A stretch of DNA of 64,000 nt. Origin: Octopus sinensis (Eukaryota). The stretch is from positions 184,698,001 through 184,762,000 of the forward strand of contig NC_042997.1 of NCBI RefSeq assembly GCF_006345805.1. The letters run 5' to 3'. Positions 36,257-50,362 of the stretch are shown piece by piece; within the stretch, counting starts at the first letter, position 1; each line of letters begins with the position of its first letter. The translations under genes were made by a program, and so were the position numbers. The notes under the pieces were generated by a model. It made no database searches. It had not been told where the DNA came from and worked only from the letters and a program-made list of their open reading frames with translations.

Positions 36257-37766
36257 AATTAATTTACTTTGAACAACGCATACGTGCATATGTATACATA
36301 TATGTATCTGCCCATACACACACAGACGCTCATATATTCCTGTTTTTGAAATATGCTTTCGTAGAACACTAGAATAGTTTCCTGTGAAAATATTTTTTCC
36401 TCTTTAAGAATACAATACTGATTGATTTAGAATGCTGGAAGCCTATCATAGTTTTAACCATTCTTATGGATAAAATCTATTCATACGATCGAAACAATAG
36501 CTAAATTTTCCATATTTCCTTTATTTATTGTCAACTCCTCCGTGTTATTTCACATAAAGCTAACAAAAAGATCTAACTTGAAATTTTCAGAAAAAAACCA
36601 TATTCATTTAATAACAATGAACTTTTCTATGGATACTTCTCATATCGTTATTTTTTGTTTAACAGATCCAAATGTATTATAACTATTATGTAATATTCAA
36701 ATATTACATGTGAAGTGCCATCTTTTGTTTTATAGTTAAAATATAAAAGAAAAAACGCAATAAAACATGGAGCCACATGCAAAGCAAACAAACTGACACA
36801 CGCATACATATTCATAAAGGTAGGAACATTACAAATCCGTGCGCTCTTACACATACATGTATATGTGTTCTGTTTTGTTCATAACTCTTTGAAATCTTCG
36901 TATAAGAAGACGTTTACTCACGAAGAATCAAGGTACCGTCATTCAAAATTATACAAGAATAATGGTAACGTGTTTCATGTCGAATATTAGAAAAGTATCA
37001 TGTATTTCATCTGAATTTGAAGTGTACGAGAATATTTAGGTGTATTACCTTATACAGTTGTATTTCTGTTTTTTAATTCTGTAGTAAAGAAAGGAATGCT
37101 TTCTAACGAAGAAATATTACTCCAATTCTCTAATTGATATTAATTATAATTTTTTTACCTCTTTCGTTTAAAGCATACATGTCCATCTCTAGAAAAATCT
37201 CGCATATGTTTAGTGTTTCGCTTGAAGATTGCATTTTCAAAGTACTGACAGCTGGTCATTTTCTTTGCCACAAAAACATAGCTATTCGAAATTGTTTATA
37301 TATTTACATACGTATGTACCTATGATTAGATTCGCTTCATTAGTACGTGTTCACCCCCACCCCCCACGCACGCACACAGACATATAGCACACACACAAGT
37401 ACGCGTGTACATACGCACAGACTAATGTATATAACTGTCTATATGTGTGTGTATGAGTATGCAATTGATAACACGTAGAATGTGCTTCTAGTCCATTCAC
37501 GGAAGTGGCCAGGAGGAACTGATGCCATATAACAGGAAAAAATTACAGACAAACAACTGGTTTAAAGTCAGATTATGACATTTATATAAATGGCCCAAGC
37601 CAATCTTCATTAGTCTGTTATAACATCCCTGCAATTTCAGTTGCAGTTCAAGATGGAGTTTAGGAAAAGTGACAGCCTGAGCATTGACCGTATGTACCTA
37701 ATATCTTTGCTCTTCAGGCGTAATATTACCTGAAATGTACCTAAGTATGTATATATGTATGGATGT

Positions 37767-38098
37767 ATGTATGTCATTTTTCAAATTTATTTCAAGATTT
37801 CTTGCCAATAGAGAAAGAATTGGTTTCTAACCTAGATCCAAGGCTCCTTCATCGTGATTTCAACTACATTAACAGAATATTTTTGTATGTATGTAAGTGT
37901 GCAGATTTTTTTGTTTTATGTATGTATGCTCATGCATATAGTTGCATATCTAAACAAGTTCATGTATACTTAAATAATAAACTCCTGGAAAGTTTTACGG
38001 ATTTTTACAGTTCCAGTGATGGATTGTAGCTGTAGTCTTCAAGTCAGATTTCTTCTTTTTGGTTTTGAGAAACCTAATTTCTCAAGGCTGGTATTTAG
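37767..38098 (-). mobile_element. 3' end fragment of the RLE-type LINE
   Basis: Homologous to ~24690-25000 (LEKLGFSKP..ITGTVKI plus 3' UTR). Confidence 0.8.
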
Positions 38099-39842
38099 TG
38101 CTACAATAAGTACATGTATAAACCTTGTATGTATATATGTTGAGATATACGCATGAATATATGCAAGTATATACGTATATGTGTGTCCTGGGTGTGACAT
38201 TAAACTGCATTCGGTGGTGAAGCTCCAGTTCTGGAATTATGAGTTTAGGGGAACGTGGACTCATCTTTTAAATACCTTTACGACTTGGTCTGCTCTGACA
38301 TGGATCCTGTCAGTTTCCTCTTTATGGTTTAAATAGATTGCCTTTGGATAGAAGAGGCTACGTTCTTTCTCACGAGGCTGTTAGGAAGGCAGCTCTTCTT
38401 GGAGAAAGAAACTCTGATATAAGACTTGTAGTCACAATATTATCAGTCATCTTTCAATGCTTGTCACTGAAACCTACTGTGGCGACCGAGAGAGTGGTAA
38501 ATGTGTCACTTAATCCAACAACGTACCTATATCTCACTATCATTTCATTTCTTGATCCATTTTGTATTTCATAAAGTCCTATGGCGACAGATGGGAGGTG
38601 AAAAGCCAAATACACGTATGTGCAAGGATGAAAGTAAATCAGAACAATCAGTCTGAATGTGAGATGTCTACAAGAAAAGATGAAGCACTTATGTATGTAT
38701 GTATGCACGTGCGCGCGCACGCGTGTGTATTTATACATGTATGTATGTATGTATGCCTCTATCTGCATACTCTTCTTGATTGATGTGTCAGCCTAACGGT
38801 CATCCTCTTAAAAATTCGTTTGCTCTTTAAATTCAGTGTTGTTTTACCCCTTTTTATTGTACTAATAATTGTGAGCACCTGAAGCATATTGGCTATGAAT
38901 TTTTTTTTTCACTTTTGTATAATCTGAACTGCTCCCGTGTTGCATTACGTATCTGTTCATGGTTTGATAATGCGTGTAACGCTGAAAATGTACTTAGAAA
39001 TGTGTATTTATTTGTAAACTTCTCGAAAATATTCCATCCCTCCTGTTTTTTCTTTTTTTTACGGAATTAATGCCTGATAAACCTCCACCTTGCACAACAG
39101 AGAATGCTTTTTTAGATTCCAAATAATCAATACCAGCTTGTGGTTTAATTTAGTTAGCGATTTTACTATATTTCATTTTAGATCCCACCATTGTTTTATG
39201 ATCGAATGGTCTTAATATTATATCTTTTATTGCTTGTTGCTAGCTTTTTATTTTTATAATTTTTTCTGACTTCTGTGGATGACATCATTTTCAGAAAGCA
39301 ATAATATCTCGATCTGAATTTGCAATGAGCTTCGATGTCGCTGATGTGCTTATATATTGTTTTTAGTCACTGAATTGTTTTTTTAATATCTCATATAAGG
39401 TATACTCAATGATATTTTGGTTGTGGTTTGTAAGAATGGTAAAATTATCAAAATTCCGTGTCGGGCTTTTATTGAAGTATATTCCAATTGTGGTCTGTGT
39501 TACTCGTCTTAGCACTCTTGTAGAATTTTTGCATTAAGCTACTTTATTTATCTATCTGCTCTTGTCGAACTGGAGGTATGGGACGCGTTGGCACAGTCGT
39601 TTTCGTTCAACCTATTTGGCGTCACTGATTAGATGCTGCCATATTAGACATCAGTGGTTTTAACGCTTCTCTCGTTTTAATGTTTCGTGTCAGTTTTTGA
39701 TTCCGGTGCCTAAAACTATTACTGCCTAAATAGTCTCAGCGTCGAATCAACTGTGGCAAATCAACCGGCGTCCGAAAAGCCACGGTCAAACGTCGTACTG
39801 GTCAAATTTTATCGTACTAGGTTGTGTCTCCGAAGATATACT

Positions 39843-40073
39843 CTTTACTCTTTACTCTTTTACTTGTTTCAGTCATTTGACTGCGGCCATGCTGGAGCAC
39901 CACCTTTGTTAGTCGAGCAACTCGACCCCGGGACTTATTCTTTTGTAAGCCCAGTACTTATTCTATCGGTCCCTTTTGCCGAACCGCTAAGTAACGGGGA
40001 CATAAACACACCAGCATCGGTTGTCAAGCGATGTTGGGAGGGGACAAACACAGACACACACACAAACACACGC

Positions 40074-40104
<31 letters not shown>

Positions 40105-40252
40105 TACGACGGGCTTCTTTCAGTTTCCGTCTACCAAATCCACTCACAAGGCTTTGGTTGGCCCGAGGCTATAGTAGAAGACCCTTGCCCAAGGGGCCAC
40201 ACAGTGGGACTGAACTTGGAACCATGTGGTTGGTAGACAAGCTACTTACCAC
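39843..40252 (-). mobile_element. SINE S2
   Basis: Collinear with other S2 copies. Confidence 0.92.
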
Positions 40253-41096
40253 CGTGTATATTTTAATTTCGTGTCGCTTTCTAAATTCATCAACTAGACT
40301 ACTTATATTTTCATCTACATGCGCAGGTATTCTTGATGTTTCAGTCTTACAATTGTTGCTTAAATCTATTCTGAGTTGCAGAATGGCTTTAATATTATCC
40401 GAGGTTTATTATATACGTGAGGAGCACAATACCTCTATACACTCCCACGGCTGTTGGAATTTCCCCAAATACTAAGTAGCTGCGTTTCCATCATTAGTTC
40501 AAAGGGCGAACTATAAGAGTCAGCATTTACATTGTGAAAATCTTGCGAGTGGCGAAATGCTGCTTATGTAGTCAGTTATCAGGAAATTATATTTACTCTC
40601 TTGAGGTATGCACTTATTACACATTCCTTGAGAAATCCATCAATTCAGAGGGCTTAATATTGTCGAAGATACTTGCTATTCTCACTTGTCTACATAGGAA
40701 TTTTGCAAGTGTGCCCTCATAAAATATTCATGTAGAGGTGTATTTATTTATTTATCTAATTTATCTTCATTTGTATGAATACATATGTGAAGCAATTTGA
40801 AATACAGTATATACCGACAGGTGAGATGTATATATTCGAAAGATGTACCTGTCAAATATGATAGTTCGGTTAGAAAACTTTATACGAATATTCATGTATA
40901 TTCTTACGTACACGCACACACAGACACACACACACACTCGCGCACATACACATACACACACATACATACACAAACGTGCATACATATAAATGCATGAATG
41001 CGCATACTACTTCCCTACTTGTTAAGGGTTTCAGTATAAATTCTAACCGGTTGCTTGATCGGTTACAGCTTGATATGCCAGCATGTGCATGCGCAT

Positions 41097-41362
41097 TTCT
41101 TCTCGAGCCACGCCTTGGCGTATACGTTCCTCACCTGGACGGGACGCCGGTCCGTAGCAGTTGAACTGCAAGATGCAGGAAGAAAGAGTGCGAGAAAGTT
41201 GTGGCAAAAGAGTCAGCAGAAGTTCGCCATTACCTTCTGCCGGAACCGCGTGGAGTTTAGGTGTTTCGCTCATAAACACACACATCGCCCGGTCTGAGAT
41301 TCGAACCCGCGATCCCTCGACCGCGAGTCTGCTGCTCTAACCACTAGGCCATGTGCCTCCAC
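41097..41362 (-). mobile_element. SINE S4
   Basis: Reverse complement of the family at 2212-2525. Confidence 0.88.
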
Positions 41363-41426
41363 ATGTGCATTAGCATGTATGTATGTATATATGTATGATG
41401 TATGCATTTATGTATGTATGTACATA

Positions 41427-41992
41427 CACTACCGTCAGAAATTAATTAGCACCCTTGATTTGCTCACCATGAAGCATGGTGGGGGTGGTCTGATGGTGTG
41501 GAGGGCGTTCAGCTACAGTGGTGTTGGGCGGCTCTATGCCGTCGAAGGCAACATCAACGCAGCAAAGTACGTTGAGATAGTACGGGATACCTCTTTGGTG
41601 GCGAGGAGTACGTGCTGGCCAGTCACCTGACCTGAACCCTATTGAGAACCTCTGGAGTCGATTGGGTAGGGATTTGAATGTGCAGCAATATAGGAACCGA
41701 CACGAGCTGTTTGGGGCACTTCTTGCTGCATGAGGGGCCATCCCTGCACAGTACCTGCAGGCACTCATAGACAGCATGCCGACCCGCGTAGCAGCTGTCA
41801 TTGCTGCCAAAGGAGTGCAACAAGATATTGACTAAATTTCACGATTAATAACAATTATGTGGTGTGCTGGGATATGTTTTAATAAATTTTTGATTAAAAA
41901 CGAGTTCGTTTCTGATAATAAGTTAATCAAATTAAGAAAATGTAAGAAAATGTAGAAATTTGAGAAGTGCTAATTAATTTCCAACGCAAGTG
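41427..41992 (+). mobile_element. Internally deleted Tc1-like DNA transposon with TIRs and TA target duplication
   Basis: TA|CACTACCGTCAGAAATTAATTAGCAC ... GTGCTAATTAATTTCCAACGCAAGTG|TA. Transposase pieces KHGGGGLMVW..SGVGRL..GNINAAKY, ..LNPIENLW, SMPTRVAAVIAAKG. Confidence 0.92.
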
Positions 41993-42463
41993 TACATATG
42001 TATGCATGTACGTATATGGAAATGTATAGGTGTTATAGGGCCAAAGACTTACGAATTTTGCTATGGCTATCATCCGTACTGCGTAGTATCTTGGGCAAAC
42101 GTTATTTGCTTTACTTTCGGATCGATTCATTCTTTGCGTTTCAAATTGGGTAGACGGATACGGAATGGAAGACTTTTCGGGGGGTTTCTATCTGTAATAC
42201 AAATATACAGTCTTTTCTCATGATTTGTTGAAATGATTCTGCCTGTGAATTACGTCGAGGATTAACGTGTTTGTAAAATAATCGTCTACTGAGACGATAA
42301 TTCGACCACCCACTATTTCACTTGATTGAACGACTGACAATGCACAATCAACGGATGCGAATCGAGAGCGAAGTTTGCTATTTTATTTAATCTGATATTT
42401 TATACACTGAATGTATTCATCACAGAGGATATATGGCATACCGAGCAACCCTTCAAATATCTT

Positions 42464-43250
42464 ATTTCTTTATTGCCCACAAGGGGCTAAACATAGAGGG
42501 GACAAACAGGAACAGACAAAAGGGATTAAGTCGATTACATTCACTCCAGTGCGTAAATGGTACTTAATTTATCGACTCCGAAAGGATAAAAGGCAAAGTC
42601 GACCTCGGCAGAATTTGAACTCGGAACGTAACGGCAGACGAAATACGGCTAAGCATTTCGCCCGACGTGCTAACTTTTCTGCCAGCTCGCCATATCAGCA
42701 CAATGAATAGTTCCATCGTCGCGAGCTGGGAAATACGACAGGTCTTCTAAATGAAGATCAGGTGTATAGAGCCAAACAGAAACATTCGTATATCACGTGC
42801 GGTGTTAAATAAAACACAGATAAATGTTTAAGAGCGGCAAAATCAAATGACGCCTGCTACAGATGAGTCTCAACTTCATCCGCCATCTTGACGCTGTATT
42901 GGTTTCAAACTTTGGCACTAGGTCAGCAATTTCGGGACAAGAAGTTGATTACATCGACCCCATTACTCTGTTGCTACTTATTTCATCAACTCTGAAAAGA
43001 TGAAATGCAAAGCCAGCTTAGGCGGAATTTGAACTCATAGCGTAGGGATGGACAAAATGTTACTAAGTGTTGTGTCCGGCGTGCTAACGCATCTGCTAGC
43101 TCGCCGCTATATCTTACCTCTATATATTTTTCTACTCTAGGCACAAGGTCCGAAATTTTGGGGGAGGAGGCCATTCGATTAGATTGCCCCTAGTACGCAA
43201 CTAGTACTAAATTAATCGACCCCGAAAGGATGAAAGGCAAAGTCGATCAC
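42464..43250 (-). mobile_element. Cluster of three S1 SINE copies (42464-42691, ~42898-43108, ~43120-43250)
   Basis: Reverse-complement matches to S1. Confidence 0.85.
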
Positions 43251-44678
43251 TTGCCTACTACTGCCCCAATTTTTTTATTAAGAATTTCAAAGATGTTATA
43301 GATAACTAACATTCTGTAGATTTCCAATTACCATGAGTAATGTTACTACTTTCAAATCCGTGTTGCAGGTTTGTGTTTCCCGTTGATAAAAATGTATTTG
43401 AATTTGGAGGTTTTTGTAATACATTCTAACTGTTGGTTTGTGGTCCTGGATCTTTGCCTACGGATTATATCTGCGATGTTCTACATGACCGGCTTTAAAA
43501 TCAAGTGTGTTGTTGAACATAACCACATTATATATGCTCAGTATATTAAATATATATTCGTTGCGGGAGACACAATACAATGGCAGGTAAGATTAAAGAT
43601 TTCGAAATTCCATCTTCAAATTTGGCATTCTCTTGGCTTTAAGTATAAATTCAGGCGACACTTCCACCATTACTATATTTTTGAATATATATCCTGGAAT
43701 ATGAAACAGCTCGTAAAAATAGTTTGGCATATACATGAAATGCCAACAAATATCCTTATATGTACGCGACTAATGAATAACTCCAGAGATATAAAAATGA
43801 TCATACAAAATTTTTTTCTGAAGCGAGCCTTTAAGTTGTCTTCCACAAAAGTTGCTCCAAACAAGGAAATCACAAGAAATGAACAAACACTATTAGTAAC
43901 GTGTACTAATTAGTGTTAATTCACTTGTCTTCATTACAAGAGATACAAAATGCAGTAAATACACACAAACAGCTCATGTATTATACTAAGTGAATCGAAT
44001 ACATAATGGTTATAAAATGGAAGAACAGTGCATTAAAACTTGATGGGAGAGAATATAACTCGTATTATGACAAATAGCTAACCAACAATTACAATATATT
44101 GCAAAAATACTAGTGTTAAAATTATCTGCAATTCATATTGAGACGAATTTTAATTTTGATATTTGTACAATATATTCTGCAAGCCGAAGGGCGTATTTCA
44201 GAAAACAAATGTAATATAGAATTATCAATGTAGGTGTCAGAGATATAAACTTCGTGTCTCTGCTATTGCATCAGACAGAGAAGTTTGACATTTTCTCGTC
44301 GGTTGCCAACGCATTTATGAAAAGAATCTATTAAAACAAGTTACAATGAAGACCGCAAACAAATCTATATAGAGAAATACTTGTATATTATATTATTCTT
44401 CTATATTGATTTTAAAAAAAAACTGGATTTGCTGTAGAATCTTTATTATTACCATAATACGAAACAAAAATGAACTCTCACATACATCATTCATGAGTAA
44501 ACCAAAGAGAATAAATTGGAGTTAACAATTAAGTTAAATTTAAGGCGAATTTATCAAATATATTATTCTTATAGTTACAGTATATTGGATAGGTATTATC
44601 CCTTAGTCGGTTTCTCAACCTCTAACTCACACTGATATATATATATTATATATATCATACATACATACATACATACAC

Positions 44679-44870
44679 TAGATCGTTAGCTACTACACAC
44701 ATTTTTTTCTCTCCTTGTTTCCTTGTTTTTTTTCTGTGTATCTTTCTGTAGAAGAGCGTAGGCTCGAAACGTAAAATACTTTTTCTATTTCTGAGCGCTA
44801 TACTAATACATCAGTTTGTTTGTACACAACCTGCCTTCGTCTTTTATTTATTTTCGTAAACTTTCCCTTT
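44679..44870 (+). mobile_element. Solo pLTR-end element (family A) with variant hammerhead at 44741-44778
   Basis: TCTTT-CTGTAGA-A-GAGC[GTAG]GCTC-GAAA-CGTA^AAATA, flanked by (TACA)n and (TA)n. Confidence 0.85.
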
Positions 44871-44884
44871 ATATATATATATAT

Positions 44885-45175
44885 ATCACCGTGACCGACC
44901 AGGCTATCAGATGTGGCTACACATCGCTGGTCACAATGCGCTTTGCATTGTTTTTAACCTTCAAGTGACGCCACCCCGCTGGCTAAGCGAGCAGGCCAAC
45001 AGAAGAAAGAGTGAGAGAAAGTTGTGGCGAAAGAGTACAGTAGGGATCGCCACCACCCCCTGCCGGAGCATCGTGGAGCATTAGGTGTTTTCGCTCAATA
45101 AACACTCACAACGCCCGGTCTGGGAATCGAAACCGCGAGTCTGCTGCCCTAACCACTGGGCCATTGCGCATCCAC
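44885..45175 (-). mobile_element. SINE S3
   Basis: Reverse complement of the family at 19768-20055. Confidence 0.88.
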
Positions 45176-46143
45176 ATACAGACACACACGTATATATATG
45201 TTGTGTGTGTGTGTGTATATATATTAAAGATGGCCATCTAATATGAATGCCTTTCTCAGTAGTAATTACGATAGTAGAAGTGAAAAGTGAATCTGAATTA
45301 CTAACTCAGCACTTCGGGAGCTTACATTCTATGCTGTTGTATATCAGATTTACATATTTCTTTAAAGGCAAAAGTACAACGAACAAACAAAGACGTTCTT
45401 TCAGGTTTTGTACGAAACAAATACAGGTCGTTTTGAAGACTTTCTATATTGCGTGATTGATGACATCTAATCTAACGACATTTATTGTCGAGCAATAATA
45501 TGCGAATGCGAACGAAACAACGAAAGGCAACACTTCGGAAACTAAGTAAGTGAATATTTGAGAAAACAATTTTTTCTTCATCATTTGCATACGGTCATAA
45601 ATCGACATTTCAGTATCTGAAAGCCAGCGGTTTTTCTATTTATTAAAGATCCCCTTTAAGCTCAAAATGAGGATAACAGAAGATGCTCGTATGTGTTATG
45701 TATTTTCTTTCATTCGATGACACTCGTTTGTTTTTCATTAGAACGTATCTCCCGATTTTTCTATGATATTTAGCATTTGAGGAATTAAGTACGGTAGGAT
45801 ATAGCAGCTGCGTACAGAACAATTTCCAATAGAGATGAATTGAATACAGAACTAGAACAAAAGCTGTATACACGCACCATGCCATACGTAAACCTACATA
45901 TAAAAATATACTCACATATGCGCATGCAAACACGTAAAAATATGTATTTGCATGTCTTACGGAATGCGTGGATATTACGTATATCTAGGTATTAATTAAT
46001 TCATATACAAAATTTCACAAAGGAATATTGCATACATACCCACGTACAAATGAATATGTATACACAAACATGCACACACACGCACATACATACATACATA
46101 TATACATACATATATATATATATATCTGTTTATACATACATAT

Positions 46144-46177
<34 letters not shown>

Positions 46178-46301
46178 CGTATGCATTTATACTTATATAC
46201 AATGCACAGATATCTTTTCTCGGAAGAGAATAATAGGAAAACACTTAATTGCATGTTTATTTGTAGATATTCATACCTTTGTATGGATGTGACATAAATA
46301 T

Positions 46302-46368
<67 letters not shown>

Positions 46369-46520
46369 TCTCTCCTTGCTTCTTTCTGTGTTTCTTTCTG
46401 TGGAAGAGCATAGGCTCGAAACTTTAAAGACTTTTTCACTTCCCGAGCGTCACGCTAATACATCTGTTTGTTGTCTACAACATCTGTCTTCGTCTTTTGC
46501 TTTTTTATGAATCCCCCCCA
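46369..46520 (+). mobile_element. Solo pLTR-end element (family A) with variant hammerhead at 46393-46430
   Basis: TCTTT-CTGTGGA-A-GAGC[ATAG]GCTC-GAAA-CTTT^AAAGA, embedded in (TA)n. Confidence 0.82.
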
Positions 46521-46922
46521 TATATATATACAGTTGTGAGATTCCGCTCTTCTGTACCATTTAATAGTTATCAGTTTGTCATTGGCACGGAAACATTCGC
46601 ATCTAGCCAAATTTTAACAAATGTATTTACATACTTATGTAGATATTCATTCACATTCATTCACATACACTCAAGTCTGTATTTGTGTGTATGTATGTAT
46701 ATATGTATGTATATATATATGTATGTATATATATATGTATATATATATATATTGCGGTATAATAATAATGTGTAGTGCGTGATTGCATACAGTTTCTACT
46801 ACACTTACGTAATTAATTCGTCATTGTGGTGAAACGCGTATATATTCTATAGAGCAATTAACATACCTTTGTTTTCTTCTTAATATTTTATGTATATTAT
46901 ATATATATATTAATATATATAT

Positions 46923-46967
<45 letters not shown>

Positions 46968-47349
46968 CAAACACACATCATTGTACTGAAATACATGCTC
47001 GCATTCACGCACACGCACACATACACACACACACACACACACAGGCCTTTTATCAAAGAGGATCCGTTAAGAAGCGAGGCATATCAAAGCAAAGCAAAAT
47101 TAATGGCTAGGTTGGATGACGCAAATCAGACTTTTAATAATCCATTATACATAGCACAGAACGCTGCGATGAGGGGAAGTTCACGCAATATGGTTATAAA
47201 GACATGAGCTGTCAGAGGTGAATATAGATTTATATTATTGCGTAAATTTAAGAGAATTACGACTATTTCATAACCTTCTTTATGTTGTATTAATTTTGGT
47301 ATGCAAGAAACAATACAAGTTACAATTGATATGTATGATCGGTATTATA

Positions 47350-48210
47350 TAGGGTGTTCTAGAAGTCTTGGGCACATTTTGACATTGAATATCTCGAAAG
47401 CTATTAAGGACATAAAAAAACACATCTGATATATTCTGAAAGACTGCAATTTTAGGTTTTTTATGGCATGTCCAAAGATGTTCAATGTGAGAACCGTTGG
47501 TCACACGGCACACATCAAGCCGATAGTCCAATTCTTGCCAAACGCGTTCCAGCAATGCATTGTTGATGGTTGCAACAGCTTTCGTTATTCGGGCCTTCAG
47601 TTCATCCACGTCTTTTGGAATAGGAGGCACATAGACCAGTCCTTTCATCGCTAAAATCAAGCCGGTCATCTTCCGACTTCTCCTGGTTTATCAGTGTCCT
47701 ACAACTGTTGGACTAATTATAGCTTGTAAGGTGTCATCTGCAGTCGTCTTTTTAAGATACGCCAAACAGTTGTTGTAGGAAGCTGAAGTTCCCTACAGGC
47801 TCTTCTGATCGATTTAATGGGGCTCCGCTCGAAGGCAGTTCGAACTCGCTCAACCGTATCCTCTGAACTTGAGGGGCGTCCCGTTCTCTTAGTTGGGCTC
47901 AAACTCCCATCCTTCATGAATTTACCATGCCATCTCAATATGGACTTCCTTTCTGAAGCCTCTTTTCGGATGTGAAATGCATGTTGAACAAGTGTCCATG
48001 ATTCAGTTGTTGCAAATCCAAGGACGCAAAACGCCTTTTCTGGTTGTGTGAACGCCATTACTGGATCTGAAAAAATATGAAAGAATCATTAGCATTACAA
48101 AAAAGCTTAATGAATGTAGGTTTAAAATGGTACCAGTTTCATCTAACTACCAATCATAGTCCAGGAAATATGAGGACTTGAAATGTGCCCAAGACTTCTG
48201 GAACACCCTG
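47350..48210 (-). mobile_element. Internally deleted mariner/Tc1-superfamily element (probably maT/DD37D-like) with ~30 bp TIRs and TA target duplication
   Basis: TIRs (T/C)AGGGTGTTC(T/C)AGAAGTCTTGGGCACATTT at both ends, flanked by TA. N-terminal HTH (47717-48058, ..GRPSSSEDTVERVR..SPIKSIRRACRELQLP..) is joined to the C-terminus (..DELKARI..LLERVWQELDYRLDVC..NGSHIEHL). The catalytic core is missing. Confidence 0.9.
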
Positions 48211-48430
48211 TACAATACACTTGTATATTTACAAATTAATAGCGATAAATAAAATTCGCTTATCAGATCACCTGAACATAATGCTTACAGCAGTAGTTGA
48301 ACTCTAAATATACACCGAAAATTCACTCCTTGAACTTAGAAAATTTGAACGGCTAGAATTCTACATAATCATACTGATTTGTTCAGTAAAATTGAAGCAA
48401 CATGCACACACACACACACACGCACGCATG

Positions 48431-48605
48431 CACATGTATACATACACGCACGCACATGTATACATACACGCACGCACATGTATACATACACGCACGCACA
48501 TGTATACATACACGCACACACATGTATACATACACGCACACACATGTATACATACACGCACACACATGTATACATACACGCACACACATGTATACATACA
48601 CGCAC
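48431..48605. repeat. 22 bp minisatellite (CACATGTATACATACACGCAC[G/A]), about 8 copies
   Basis: Direct inspection. Confidence 0.9.
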
Positions 48606-49198
48606 ACACATACACATATGCACACACATTCACATATGCACACACATTCACATATATATATACATACATACATATCCGGAAAGATGATGCTTGGGAGATG
48701 CCTGAAATCTAATTATAAAAATTTATTTATTTATGCATTTATTTTCGTTTGTAAATTAATATTTGAAAATATAAAAATAAATATATAAACTTGGGAAGTA
48801 AGCAAGGTAGTAAGTATGAGATTACCAAGGAGGAAGTGCGCAGATTATGAGAATGGTAACACCTTTGAACATATATGCAGTAGTATTGTTGTTCAGAAAC
48901 TTGCTAATATATATATTATAATGATATATTATAGTTTGTTATTCTTTTCTTATATAAGTTAAAATTTATTTTCATAGATATAATAAATATTTATACCTAT
49001 TTATTCTAGTTTTATTTATACCAGAATATATTTGTTAAGATATTTCGTGTTTATATTTTATGATATATCATTGTATTTGTTTGATTTTTATTGGGCAAGT
49101 GTTTTCTACTATAGCCTTCGGCTGAATAAAGCGATGTCAGTGGATTCCGTTGACAGAAACTGAAAGAACTCTGTCCTGTATATATATATATAATATAT

Positions 49199-49257
<59 letters not shown>

Positions 49258-49455
49258 ATTTTTTATTCGTATCTGTTTAACCAACTGCAGTGCCCCTACA
49301 TGGCCGCATTCACCTTACTGGAACAAGTCAAGCATTAAAAAAACTATGCAACTATGCCATCTTAGTCCCGTGCAAGGCAGGGTATCTCTATAGGATACAT
49401 ACATACATACATACATACATACATACATACATACATACATACATACATACATGCA

Positions 49456-49504
<49 letters not shown>

Positions 49505-49506
<2 letters not shown>

Positions 49507-49668
49507 TAATACGCTTCCATCTTCTTTCTCTAACACACACCAATTCTTGTGAACAAAAGATCTTGCAACTTTCAGAAAACGAGAAATTTCTAAATTACTA
49601 TGCCTAGCCTGCAAAGCCGCAATTGCAGCATGCCTTTTCATTTTATTAGTAAGCATAGGGCTTGTCAT
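49505..49668 (-). pseudogene. Tc1/mariner-like transposase N-terminal (HTH) fragment
   Basis: [32 protein letters not shown] resembles transposase HTH starts. Confidence 0.5.
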
Positions 49669-50304
49669 TGTTATTTTCTAATATAAAGTTCAATATAAAT
49701 TAGTCAAATAAAATGCATGTGTCCTCAAATGCCGTCCGCACCCTGTATGTATGTGTCTATGTATGTATGCATGTGTGTATGTATATATGTATATATACAT
49801 AGATACATATATATATATATGTATATATATTATACATGCATATGCACATATACATATTTAGTGCAGTTGGAACTTTTGAGCACAAATTTACTTTCACTTG
49901 ATTGGGTTAATTGAATTGTTCGGGTATGATCGATAGTTTTTGTTTTCAGAGCAGGAAGTATATGTAGTACCAGGAGAATATGCGAAATTGAAAGAATATG
50001 AAGCTGCTAAATGTTATTCAGCTATTTAACAGTAGAGTCACAATCGCAATACTTTGAAAAGACACCTCATGAGATTAGTTCATTTAATCAGTCGATTTTA
50101 GCAAAGGTGATTCATCTCTCCGACATTGTCTAACATATTCTCGAAACGAGAAGGAGTCTTTGTGTGGGATACAAACATAATACGAAGAAGGAGTAATATG
50201 GAATCTGCGACAGGTCGATAATATAGATGATTTAGCATAAAGGTGGGTTTTCTGAAATGTTCATAAAATTTGATTATGAATTCTCGAAGTTAGGAATGGG
50301 GAAT

Positions 50305-50362
50305 GAAAATTAGCGTTGGTCACAAAATGACCAGAAAATTAGCGTTGGTCACAAAATGACCA
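50305..50362. repeat. Perfect 29 bp tandem duplication
   Basis: GAAAATTAGCGTTGGTCACAAAATGACCA, two copies. Confidence 0.95.

Noticed and set aside
37647-37695. AG/GTATGT-bounded 43 nt segment (FKMEFRKSDSLSID)
   Set aside because: It has no recognisable homology or neighbouring exon, so it cannot be supported.
39753-40475. 240 aa ORF
   Set aside because: It runs antisense through an S2 SINE and its TA tract. The same pseudo-peptide (FQSFDCGHAGAPP..) recurs at every S2 copy.
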